Source of the DNA: Paramoeba atlantica | Lineage: Eukaryota > Protista > Discosea | DNA length: 33,774 nucleotides | NCBI GenBank assembly: GCA_977017575.1 | Contig: CDRNVI010000118.1 | Coordinates: forward strand, 1-33,774 | Direction of reading: 5' to 3' | Shown here: positions 19,933 to 30,479 of the stretch, piece after piece | How positions within the stretch are numbered: the stretch's first letter is position 1 | Layout of the letters: each line of letters begins with the position of its first letter | Notes under the pieces: generated by a model | The model's input: only the letters and a program-made list of their open reading frames with translations | Database searches by the model: none | What the model was told of the DNA's origin: nothing | Translations under genes and position numbers: made by a program

Positions 19933-20313
19933 ATGAATAATAATATTATAGCTTTTTTTTATGTAAATCAATATAAATCGTTTAATAATTTTGAACAAAT
20001 TTATTTAAACATAATGAATTTATCTAATATTAATTTATTATATAAAATTTTTGTTAATATTAAATATTTTCTAATTATTAATAAGAAATATTTTAAAGAT
20101 TATTTTACTAATCTTTTAAATAATGATGAATTATTATTTTTATGATATAAAAATAAATTATATAGTAAAGGAACTTTAGAACAAATAAATAATAGTTTGT
20201 TATTAAATTTAAATAAAAAGTATTATTTATTTAATGAATTAATGAAATTCAATTATGAAAAAAAAATTATTAATACGTTAATAATATTTAAATATAAATT
20301 ATGGCTTCGTTAA
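19933..20313 (+). CDS. Unassigned 126 aa ORF between rpl11 and rps12, candidate divergent rpl10
   Basis: Open with TGA=Trp and overlaps the rps12 start by 13 nt. Identity rests on position only. Confidence 0.4.
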
Positions 20314-20711
20314 ATCAATTAATAAGAAATAAAGGCAGAGTAAAAAAAAAAAGACGTACAAAAGTTCTTTTGTTAGATTCTTGTCCACAAAAAAGAGGTG
20401 TTTGTATTGAAATTAGAAATAGTGTTAGTCCAAAGAAACCAAATTCCGCTAAAAGAAAAGTAGCAAAAATAAGGTTATCAACAGGTAAAAAATTAATAGC
20501 AGTTATACCAGGTCAAGGTCATAATTTACAAAAATATTCAGTTGTTATGATTAGAGGAGGACGTGCTAGAGATATTCCAGGTGTACGTTATAAATTGATA
20601 AAAGGAAAATATGATTTTAGTAATTGAGAACGTGAAGAACGAAATAAAAGTCGTTCTAAATATGGTTTGAAAAAAAAAAAGAAGGAAGGAAAGATTTTAA
20701 AAGATGAATAA
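20301..20711 (+). CDS. rps12: Ribosomal protein S12 (136 aa)
   Basis: [30 protein letters not shown] and RSKYG after TGA readthrough. Confidence 0.96.
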
Positions 20712-21123
20712 TTGAATAAAATATTTAATACAATTATTAATAAGAAAAGGAAAAAAACAACGAATTATATTAAGTTTAGAGAAAATTTTTATTAATATAA
20801 AAAAAATATATGGTTGTTTAAATACTTTTTTTAAACAAATAGAAACTAATATATTCATTAGAATGTTTTGTTATATTAAAAAAGTAGGAGGTAAAAAATT
20901 ATTAATACCACATATTTTAAAATCAAAAGATTCTATACCATATTCTGTTAAATTAATAGTTAGATCTATTAATTCTAGAACTGAGCGAAAATTTCAAGAA
21001 CGTATTCAAAATGAATTAATAGATGTATATAATAATAAAGGTTTATCTATAAAAAAAAAAAATGATATGTATAGATTAATAGAAGCAAATTATACTAATA
21101 TTAGATTTAAAAGAAAAAAATAA
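20704..21123 (+). CDS. rps7: Ribosomal protein S7 (139 aa)
   Basis: LIRKGKK, KKVGG....IP and NELIDVYNNKGLSIKKKND...EAN. Follows rps12 with an 8-nt overlap. Confidence 0.88.
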
Positions 21124-21126
21124 TAT

Positions 21127-21870
21127 ATGTTAAAAAGGAAAAAACAGTCAAAAACAATAAAATATTTAACATTTGGTTTAAAAAATTATGCAGGAGTTAA
21201 TAATATGGGTCATAAAACAGTTAAATCAAAGGGAACTAGAGTTAAAAAGAAATATAGATTAATTGATTTTTTTAGAACTTACGTTGATATACCTGCAATG
21301 GTATTAAGAATTGAGTATGATCCTAATAGATCTGCAAATATAGCTTTAATATGTTATAAAAATGGATTTTTATCTTATATTTTAGCAGCCGAAGGTTTGA
21401 AAGAAGGTATGGTTTTAAATTCAGTAGATAAAATTGTTGGTTCTACATATCCTTTAGTAAATATAAAATTTGGTTCTTTTATATCTTGTATGGAATTAAA
21501 AAAAAAAAAAGGAAGTAAAGTAGCTAGATCTGCAGGTTCTTTTTGTTTATTAATATCACAAATAAATGAAAATTATTATTTAATAAGATTTCCTTCTGGT
21601 TTAGAAAAATTAATTTTTAAATATAATAAAGCTATGATAGGTATTGTATCAAATAGAGGGCATAATTTAATAAAAAAAGGTAAAGCGGGTGTTAATATAA
21701 GATTAGGTAAAAAATCAACAGTTAGAGGTGTAGCAAAAAATTGTGTAGATCACCCTAATGGTGGTGGTAGAGGTAAAACTTCTCCATGAGTCGATTGTCC
21801 AAATTTTACAAGACGTGTATTAAAATTTGTACCTACAACTAAGAAAAAAAAAAAAAATGAATTTAAATAA
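21127..21870 (+). CDS. rpl2: Ribosomal protein L2 (247 aa)
   Basis: IEYDPNRSANIAL, ARSAGS and VRGVAKN.VDHPNGGG.GKTSPW. Confidence 0.95.
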
Positions 21871-22135
21871 TATTAAAAATATTAAAAATATTATTTATTT
21901 TTTAAATTTTTCAAAAATAGATAAATTTATTTGATTAAAGTTAAAAGTAAAAGGTTTTAAAATAAAAAATTATATGATTAATAAAAGATTAACTGTATAT
22001 AATGGTCGTTATTTTATTCCAATTAAAATTATAGATAGTATGGTTAATTATATGATTAATTATTTTTTTTTTTCAAAAAATATATTAATAAAAGATAAAA
22101 AGAAAAAGAAACGTATAAAGAAAAAGAAAAAATAA
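21857..22135 (+). CDS. rps19: Ribosomal protein S19 (92 aa)
   Basis: VYNGRYFIPIKIIDSMV, located between rpl2 and rps3. Confidence 0.82.
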
Positions 22136-22137
22136 TT

Positions 22138-23328
22138 ATGGGACATTTAGTTAATCCAATAACATATAGATTATCAAAAAGTAAATATTGAATTTCGTCT
22201 TGAAATAATATTACAAAAAAAAATTATAAATTATTTTTTTTAGAAGATTATAATATTATTAAATTTTATAATTGAATTAAAGTTATAATTAATTGAAACA
22301 AGTTAAATTTAGAAATATTACCGTTAAATATAATTAAAACATATAAAATGATGATAATAAATTTAAATTTATTAAATGATGATAATAAATTTTTAATTAA
22401 TGATATTAAGTCAAAAAAATATAAATTAAAAAAATATTATAATCAGTCAAAAAAATATATATTTAAATCTTTTTTAAAGTATAAACAGTCAAAAAGAAAA
22501 AAAAAATATAATTTTTTAAAAGAAAAAAAAAAAAAAAAATATATATTAAATTTTTTACGTAAATTTTTTTATAGTAAAAGAAAAAATTTTTATAAAAATA
22601 AAAAATATGTTTGATTTAATTATTTTTTTTGAGACATGCATAATAATAAATATTATTTATTTTATAATAAGTCTTGTAGAGGGTTTTATAGAAAGAAAAT
22701 ATTTAAAAATATATGAAAAAAAAAATCAATAAATAATTTTAATAATTTTAAATATTTTTATAAATATAAAAATATTTATATTTATAAAAATAATAAAAGA
22801 TTAAACAATTTTATTTTTAAATATAAATGATTTAATTTATTAAGAATTCCAACTAATCGTTGATTAAATAGATTAAAATATATTAAAAATACTAATTATT
22901 TAACTTTAGATAAAAAATTTATTTTTATATTAAAAAATTTTTTATCGTTTTTTATAAAAAAAATTTTTAAAGTTAATAATCCTATAATTAATTTTATAGA
23001 TAAAAAAGAAGTAAATTATTCTACTTATTCTTTATATAAGCTAATTTTATGAAGATTGCGTGTAGGTTATAAAATAGAGCATTATGCTTATTTATTACAT
23101 AATAAATTAAAAAATGAAAGAGGTATTATAGGTTTTAAAATAGGTTATGCAGGGAGATATAAAAAAAAGTTAAGAAATAAAAAGTTTATTAAACAATTTG
23201 GTGCTATTTCACCAAGTAATATAAATTCTCCTTTAAGTTATAATCAGTTTATTTTAATTATGCGGTATGGTGTTTGTGGTGTAAAAATGAGTTATGTTAG
23301 AAAAGTGTATTTATCTTCTATAATATAA
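22138..23328 (+). CDS. rps3: Ribosomal protein S3 with expanded low-complexity middle (396 aa)
   Basis: MGHLVNPITYRL at the N-terminus and GFKIGYAGR...YGVCGVK at the C-terminus, in one frame when TGA=Trp. Confidence 0.9.
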
Positions 23329-23376
23329 AAAGAAAGAAAAGAGAAAAAAAGTTGATTTATTAAGAAATAAATAGAA

Positions 23377-23826
23377 ATGAAAAAAATTTTTGTCAAAAAA
23401 CATTTAATTTTAAATTATTCTAATACTAAAAATTCGATAGAAAAAATATATAATGGTCAATTTGCTATATATTTTTTAGAAGGTGGTATACTATATAATA
23501 ATGAATTTAAGGCTTTATTATTTTTTTTAAAAAAAAGATTAAAATTTTTTACTAAATTATTTATACGTTTTCATCCAAGTTTTAAAAATACATCAAAACC
23601 TATAGGTGTTAGAATGGGTAAAGGTAAGGGTGCATTAAATGAATATTATTTTAATATATCAAAAGGTCAAATATTTATTGAATTTGGTTTTTCTAATAAA
23701 TTATTTATATTAAATGATAATGATAAAAAAAAATTATTAGAATATATTAAAGGAATTGTTAAATTAGCCTCATTAAAATCAAATATTAAATTTAAATTAG
23801 TTTATAATAAAGAAAAATGATTTTAG
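23377..23826 (+). CDS. rpl16: Ribosomal protein L16 (149 aa, ends at TAG after TGA readthrough)
   Basis: SKPIGVRMGKGKG and GQIFIEF. Confidence 0.92.
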
Positions 23827-24172
23827 TAGGTAGTTATTTAAATTGTAGTGATAATTCTGGTGCACGTATTGTAAAATGTATAAGAATTTATAAAAGAAAA
23901 AAATATGGATCTATTGGTGATGAAATATTAATAACTGTTAAAACAAATAATCCTAAAAAAAGAATAAAAAAAGGAGAATTATATAAGGCTTTAATTATTA
24001 GAACTAAATATAATTTAAAAAAAATATAAATTATTATAAATTTAGTGATAATGCTGTTGTTTTGATAAATAAAAAAAAATTACCTTTAGGTACAAAATTA
24101 TTTGGTATTAGTTTAAAATTTTTAAGATTTATAAACCGTAAAGTTTTCTTATTGATGCAAAGTATAATATAA
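23817..24172 (+). CDS. rpl14: Ribosomal protein L14, one-base frameshift at A8 run 24017-24024
   Basis: N-part SDNSGARIVKCI..IGDEI.ITVK. The C-part KFSDNAVVLIN...PLGTKLFG is in another frame and joins if the run is A9. Confidence 0.88.
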
Positions 24173-24176
24173 AAAT

Positions 24177-24734
24177 ATGAAAAGTATAGATTTCAAAAGT
24201 AATTTAAATATAATACAAAAGGATAACATTAGTAAATTGAATATAATGAGTTTTAATCAATTATCAAAAATTGATAAAGTTGATGTAAAAGTTAAATTAT
24301 ATTCTTCAGATGGTAATATAGTTAGAAGGTATCTTATTTTAAATAAATTATTTAAAAAATTATTTAATCAAAGAGTTTCTATTATAAAAATACAAAAAGA
24401 GACATTACGTAATTTTTCTGTTAGATCAAGACGTAATAATTTATCTTATTATATAGTTTTAGGATTAAGTTTAAGAAAAAATAATATTTATTCTAATTTA
24501 AATTATTTATATAATATTATTTTTAATTTATTAGATAAAAATAATGAAAGTAGTTTAATTTATAGAAAAGAAAATAAATATATAATAGAATTAAAAAATT
24601 TTAATTTTTTATTAGGATTAAATAGTGATGAAGATATATTGGTAAATAATTTAATTTTTAAATTAAATTTTATTATAAATTTTAATAATAATAATAATAA
24701 ATTACATGAAAAAATATTTTTTAAAAAATTATAA
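24177..24734 (+). CDS. rpl5: Ribosomal protein L5, divergent (185 aa)
   Basis: Position between rpl14 and rps14, with KIDKV.V and LSLRKNN.Y..L..L patterns. Confidence 0.65.
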   Translation: MKSIDFKSNLNIIQKDNISKLNIMSFNQLSKIDKVDVKVKLYSSDGNIVRRYLILNKLFKKLFNQRVSIIKIQKETLRNFSVRSRRNNLSYYIVLGLSLRKNNIYSNLNYLYNIIFNLLDKNNESSLIYRKENKYIIELKNFNFLLGLNSDEDILVNNLIFKLNFIINFNNNNNKLHEKIFFKKL

Positions 24735-24975
24735 AAATGAAAGAATATATAATAATAATAATACATTAGTATTATTATTAAAAATTTTAAAAATATATAG
24801 GAAAAAGAAAATATTTTTTTTGAATTTTCCTATACAGAATATTTTAAGAAAGAATTTTTGTATAGAAACTGGTTTAAAGAGATCTGTTTTTCGAGATTTT
24901 TCTTTATCTAGAATGAATATAAAAGAATCTCTTAATATGAAACAAATTAATGGTTTAAAAAAAATATCTTGATAA
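24706..24975 (+). CDS. rps14: Ribosomal protein S14 (89 aa)
   Basis: NFCIETG..RSVFRDFSLSR...G.KK.SW, with the terminal W from TGA then TAA. Confidence 0.9.
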
Positions 24976-24978
24976 GTT

Positions 24979-25371
24979 ATGAATTTTTTTTGTAGTCAAA
25001 TTAATAATGGGTATATAGCTAATTTAAAAAGTTTATATATACCATTAAAAAAAAAGTATTTACCTATATTATCACGTTTATACGAATTAAATTTGATAAA
25101 TAGTTTTATAATATGTAATAAATACCAAATAAAAATAACATTAAAATATTATAATAATAAGCCTTTAATTTTTTTAGAACAATTATCTTCAGGAGGTAAT
25201 AAACAATATTTAAAATTTAAAACTTTTAATAAAAATTTTTCTAAATTTTATTTTAATCCTTGTTTTTATAGTAGTAATAAAGGTTTGTTAACACACGATG
25301 AAGCTTATATTATAAAAAGTGGTGGTAAAGCCTTATTAAAAGTACATCTATTATATAAAAATATATTATAA
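24979..25371 (+). CDS. rps8: Ribosomal protein S8 (130 aa)
   Basis: INNGY, ITLKYY and SSNKGLLTHDEA...GGK.L. Confidence 0.88.
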   Translation: MNFFCSQINNGYIANLKSLYIPLKKKYLPILSRLYELNLINSFIICNKYQIKITLKYYNNKPLIFLEQLSSGGNKQYLKFKTFNKNFSKFYFNPCFYSSNKGLLTHDEAYIIKSGGKALLKVHLLYKNIL

Positions 25372-25374
25372 TAA

Positions 25375-25914
25375 ATGAAAAAAAAATTATATTTAGGAAA
25401 AAGTTCTTTATTAAATATTATACATAATAATAATAATATTTTTATGGAAAATATAATAAGTAATTATAAAAAAAATATAGATTTAACTATCTTAACTTTA
25501 TTTAATCAAAAAAATATATTTATATTAAATAATAAAACATTAATTATTAAAAGAAAGAAATATTATAGTTTATTTCAAAGATATATAAAAAAAAATTTAA
25601 TTGATTTGATAAGAGGTTATTGCCTAATTTTAAATGTTATAGGTTTAGGTTTTACTATGACTATTTGAAAAGATAATGAATTAAGATTTAATATAGGTTA
25701 TAATCATTTGATTTATTATAATATACCTAAAGGTATTTTAGTTAAATCTAGATCTAGAAGAAATCTTTTTTTATTTAGTAATTCTTATTTTTTGTTAAAA
25801 AAAGTATCTGTGGAAATAAAACAATTTAGAAAATTAAATGCATATAAATTGAAAGGAATAAAAGAAAAAAATGAATTATATATTAAAAAAAATTGAAAAA
25901 AAGGAACTTATTAA
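25375..25914 (+). CDS. rpl6: Ribosomal protein L6 (179 aa)
   Basis: RGY.L.LNVIGLGF, NIGYNH...Y.IP and FRKLNAYKLKGI. Continuous with TGA=Trp. Confidence 0.88.
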
Positions 25915-26059
25915 TTCAGCAATAAGTTTTAAGGTATTATTAAATTATAATTATAATTTAATTTATATACATAATTATAATTTAAAATTAATTTTCGATA
26001 ATAATTGACTTCAAGTTAAAAATTATTTATATGAAATGGGTATTATAAATAAACAATAA
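25871..26059 (+). CDS. 62 aa ORF overlapping the rpl6 3' end, candidate reduced rpl18
   Basis: MNYILKKIEKKELINSAISFK...LKLIFDNNWLQVKNYLYEMGIINKQ*. Fills the rpl6-rps13 gap. Confidence 0.35.
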
Positions 26060-26064
26060 AAAAT

Positions 26065-26379
26065 ATGAATATAAAACGTTATATAATTAATAATTATAAT
26101 ATTGGTTTATCTTTATTATCTATAATATTATTTAAATTTGGTTTATTATATAATAAATCTTATAAAAATATTAATAATAAAGGTTTATTAAAACAGTTAG
26201 AAAAAAATTTGTTATATTTTTTTAAAAGGAAGGAACAAATTAAACATATTAGATATAATAATATTATGAAAAAAATAGTTAATGGTTCTTATTTTGGTTA
26301 TAAACGTATTAGAGGGTTACCTATGTATAATCAACGATCAAAGACTAATAATAGATCATCGAGAAAAAAAATAATATAA
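26065..26379 (+). CDS. rps13: Ribosomal protein S13 (104 aa)
   Basis: GSYFGYKRIRGLPMYNQRSKTN. Confidence 0.9.
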   Translation: MNIKRYIINNYNIGLSLLSIILFKFGLLYNKSYKNINNKGLLKQLEKNLLYFFKRKEQIKHIRYNNIMKKIVNGSYFGYKRIRGLPMYNQRSKTNNRSSRKKII

Positions 26380-26382
26380 GTG

Positions 26383-28374
26383 ATGAAAACTACATGATAT
26401 AATAATATAATAAAACATAATATAAAAAATAATAAAATAGTTTTATTTGATAATAAAACAGATTATAATGAGTTATCTTTATATAATTTAAATTATAAGA
26501 GTAAAAATTTTTTATTATTAAATAATGTTATTGATGTTATTAGTGATAATATTTATTCAGAAATAAAAAATTTCAATCTTAATTTAATAATAAATATTTA
26601 TTATTTAATGAATAAATTTTTTAAATTTAATATTAATAAAAAATTTTATAAATTAGAGTATTTAAATAATAAATATTTATTATTGAATTTAAATAATTCT
26701 AAATCGTTTTTTGTTATAAAAGATAATTATAAAAATTTTTATAATAATTTTTTTCAAAATTCTTTTATGAATTTTTTAGATTGTAATAAAAAATTTATAT
26801 ATAATAGAAAGTTAAGGTATAAAAATTATAATTTTTTATTATCATATAAAAATAAATTAAGAAAAAAATTGTTTTTAAAGCAAACTCGTTTTAATAATAT
26901 AGATAATGAAGATTTTTTAAATTTTGGACCAGAAAATGGTTTATATTTTCAAACTATAAGTAATAGTTTTAGAAAGAAAAGAGAAGAAAAGAGAAGAAGA
27001 AAACAACAATTATTTCATTATAATAATAATATAATAAAAAAAACTATTTTTTTAAAAAAAGGTCAAGTATTTTTAGGTTATAATTTTAAGTCTTTATCAA
27101 AATTAAATTTATTTAATTTAGATTATATAAAATTTAATAATAATTTTTATATAAGAAAAAAATATTGTCTTGAAAAGAATAAAAAAAATTTATTTTTATT
27201 ATTTAGAAAAGAAAATTTATTAAAATATTATAATAAAAAATATTTAAAATATAAAAAATTTAATATAAAAAATTTTTATAATAATTATTATTTTTTATTT
27301 AAAAAATTATTGTATAAAAAAAATAAAAATAAATTATATAGAAAGAGAAAAATTTTAATTAAAAAAAAATTTAAAAATAAATTATATAATTATAATTTAT
27401 TTTTAAATAAACTAAATTTATTTAAAAATAAAAAAGAAAAGAGAAATTTATTTAATATTAGATATAATTTTTTTTATAAAATATATAATATTAATTTATG
27501 AAAAAAATATAAAAGAAAAGAGAAATTTTTAGATTATATAAAAAGAATAAAAAATAACTTTTATTCTTTAAAATTATATAAAAGAAAAGAAAAAAGAATA
27601 AAATTATATAATTATTCATATTTAATTAAAAGAAAAAAATTATTAAATTATAATTTTTTATATTTTATAAAAAATTTATATATTAATAGTATTTATAATA
27701 ATATTAAAAATAAATTTTTATATAAAAATTATAAAAAATTTTATATAATGAATAAATTTTTATATACTATTAATTCGAATATTGATTATAAAATATTAAA
27801 AATATTTTTAATAATATTAAATAATATTAAATTATTAAATAATTATAAAATTTCTAAAAATGTTAAAAATTTCTTTTTTAAGAATAGTTTTAATAACATA
27901 TTAAAAAAAAGAAATTGAAAACAAATAAATAAATATTTATATTTTCGTATTTTTAATAAATATAATTATAATAAAATTAATAATTATAAATATAAAAAGA
28001 AAAAAATTAAAAAATTTATAAATATAAAAAGAAAAAATTCAAAATTTTTTATTATTAAAAAATCAACAACAAAAGAAAAAAAAATATATAAATTTGATAA
28101 ATTTTTTTATAATATTTCTTTAAATTTAATTAAATTAAATAAATTACATAAAAAAAAGGGAATAAAGAAAAAAAATTATTTTAATAATAATAAAAATATG
28201 AAATCTTTAATAAATTATTATATTTACAATTATAATAATAAAGATTTATTGAATTTTAATATTTATAATTATAATTGTAAATATAATAAATTTAATAAAG
28301 ATTATTGTTCTCATAAATATAAAATTTTAAAGTTTATAAATATAAAAATTTTATATTTAATAGTTATGAATTAG
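26383..28374 (+). CDS. Orphan K/N/F/Y/I-rich ORF, 663 aa (code 4)
   Basis: ATG 3 nt after the rps13 stop, and no TAA/TAG for 663 codons in very AT-rich DNA. Confidence 0.7.
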
Positions 28375-28948
28375 ATTATTACGATATAATAAATAAATTT
28401 CATAAAAAAAATGAAATTTTTATATTATAAATGAAAAAGAAAAGAATGATTTATATTATAAATGAAAATCTATAAAGATACCTTATAATAATTTTTTAGT
28501 ATTTTCTTGTAATATTAATTGTGAAAATTATTTAATAAAAGTTTTAACTAAGATTAAAAAGAATTATATTTTTTATTCAAAAAATTTATTAAATAATAAT
28601 TCAATTATATCTAAAAGAAAAGAGAATAAAAGTTTAAAAAAGAGAAATTTTATATCTTATAATTGTAATTTAATTGATAATTTAAAATTAAATAAAAGAA
28701 AAGAGAAAAATTTAAAATCTTGAACTTATTATTTATTTATAAATAATAATTTAATAAAAGAAAAGAGAAAAATAATTTTAAAACCAATAAAAGAAAAAAA
28801 AAATATTAAAAACTCAATTTGTTTATGAAAAAAAAGAAATTGATTTATAAATAAATCTTTTACTCAGAAGAGTTCATATTTAAAATTTTATAATAGAAAG
28901 AAGAAAGTATTTATATTAATTCAAAAAAATAATTTAAAGAAAAGAGAA
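26973..28948 (+). repeat. Dispersed 13-mer AAAGAAAAGAGAA (7 exact copies here, 1 more at 23333)
   Basis: Copies start at 26973, 27433, 27512, 28614, 28695, 28757 and 28936, with a 12/13 match at 26983. Confidence 0.8.
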
Positions 28949-29860
28949 AAAAAATTATTAAATTTATATTTAACAGGAAAAAAGAGAAGATTCTATAGGT
29001 ATAATAATATTACATCTTTTTTTTTAAATTATAAGTTTATTAATAATAATAAAACATTATTATTTAAACAAATGAAAAAAAAATTAAAAATTTTATTTAA
29101 AAAAGGTTTATTTAAAAAAAGTAGTATGTATTTTTTTAGAAGAACATTATTAGTAGAATATCCTAAATGATCATTAATAAAAGAAAATTATTTTAAACGT
29201 AATGAAGATAATATAATGTCGTATTTATCAAAATATATACATTTTAAAATTTATAATATATATAGAAAAATATATAATATTGATTTATTATTTTTAAAAC
29301 GAATTAATCAATATAAAAATTTTAGTAAACTAAATTATTCAAAAATTTTAATTAATATTAGAAGTAATTTGTTACAATATTTTTATAACAAAAATAAGAC
29401 TTTCAAAAGTTTTATTAAAAATAAAGTTTACTATAATAAATTTTTAGTAAAAAATGTATCAATAAAAAATTATATATTATTTAATAATATTAATGATTAT
29501 ACTAATAATTATAAAAATATAAATAATTTGAAATATAATAATTCTATATATAGTTATTATAAATATTTTTTAAAATTAGTATTATTTAATAATTTGATTT
29601 TAAAAAATAATTATACTAAAAAAATAAATTGTGATATTAGTTTATTTATTACTAAATTTATGAAAAATTTAAATATAATATATAAGTATATATATAGTAT
29701 TAAGTATTCAAATAAAAAAAATTTAAATTATTATTCAAAATTAAATGAAATAAATTTTTTTAATAATATTTATGACTATGATTATAGTTTATTAAATAAT
29801 AATAGCTTAATAAATTATAAATTAAATACTGTTACTTTATTAAATTCTAAAAAATATTAA
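28406..29860 (+). CDS. Orphan K/N/F/Y/I-rich open frame, 484 codons, no ATG until 29072; may be the continuation of the previous ORF
   Basis: Frame is open from 28406 to TAA 29858-29860 with TGA=Trp. Includes ORF-track ORF 29216-29860. Confidence 0.6.
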
Positions 29861-30098
29861 TTAAATAATATTTAATTAATAAATTTAAAAAGAAATTTTT
29901 AAATTTGAATATTATTATTAATTTGAATAATAATAATATTTTTAAAATAAGGTAAAAAGAAAAAAATATTTTTATCTTATATATGTTTGCACCTTCAAGA
30001 TGTTGTATAGAAAAAGAAAGAAAAGAATAAACGTGAAAAAATGATTAAGAAAATTATTTAGTAATTAAATTATAGTAATAAAAAAAAAAATTATTATT

Positions 30099-30479
30099 AT
30101 GCCACAATTAGATTTAGGAATTTTATTTTTAGAATTAGTTTTAAATTTTATATTTTTTTGATTAATTTATATTTATTATGCAAGATATATATTCCCTTTA
30201 ATAAATAAAACTATTAAATTAAGAAAATATAAATTAAAATCTATAATAAAAAGATTATTATTATTAGAATCAAATATTTTATTTATTATAAAATTAAATT
30301 TAAGTATTTTATTAAATAATAATTTTTTATTAAATAAATTTGTTGTTTTATTAAAATCTAAAATTAATAATATTAAAATTATTATTTTTAGTAAATTATA
30401 TATATTAGGTTTAAATTTCTTAAAAAAAGAATCTTTATTAAATAAAAAATATTTTATAATAAAAACAATATATAAATAA
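30099..30479 (+). CDS. atp8: ATP synthase subunit 8 (126 aa)
   Basis: MPQLD N-terminus, one TM segment, then a basic region. Stop overlaps the cob start (TAATG). Confidence 0.88.

Noticed and set aside
24560-24766. Minus-strand 68 aa ORF
   Set aside because: Low-complexity antisense shadow of rpl5/rps14 in a genome where all recognised genes are on the + strand.
29861-30098. Additional gene between the orphan ORF and atp8
   Set aside because: All three + frames are interrupted by TAA/TAG, and only very short ATG-started ORFs exist.
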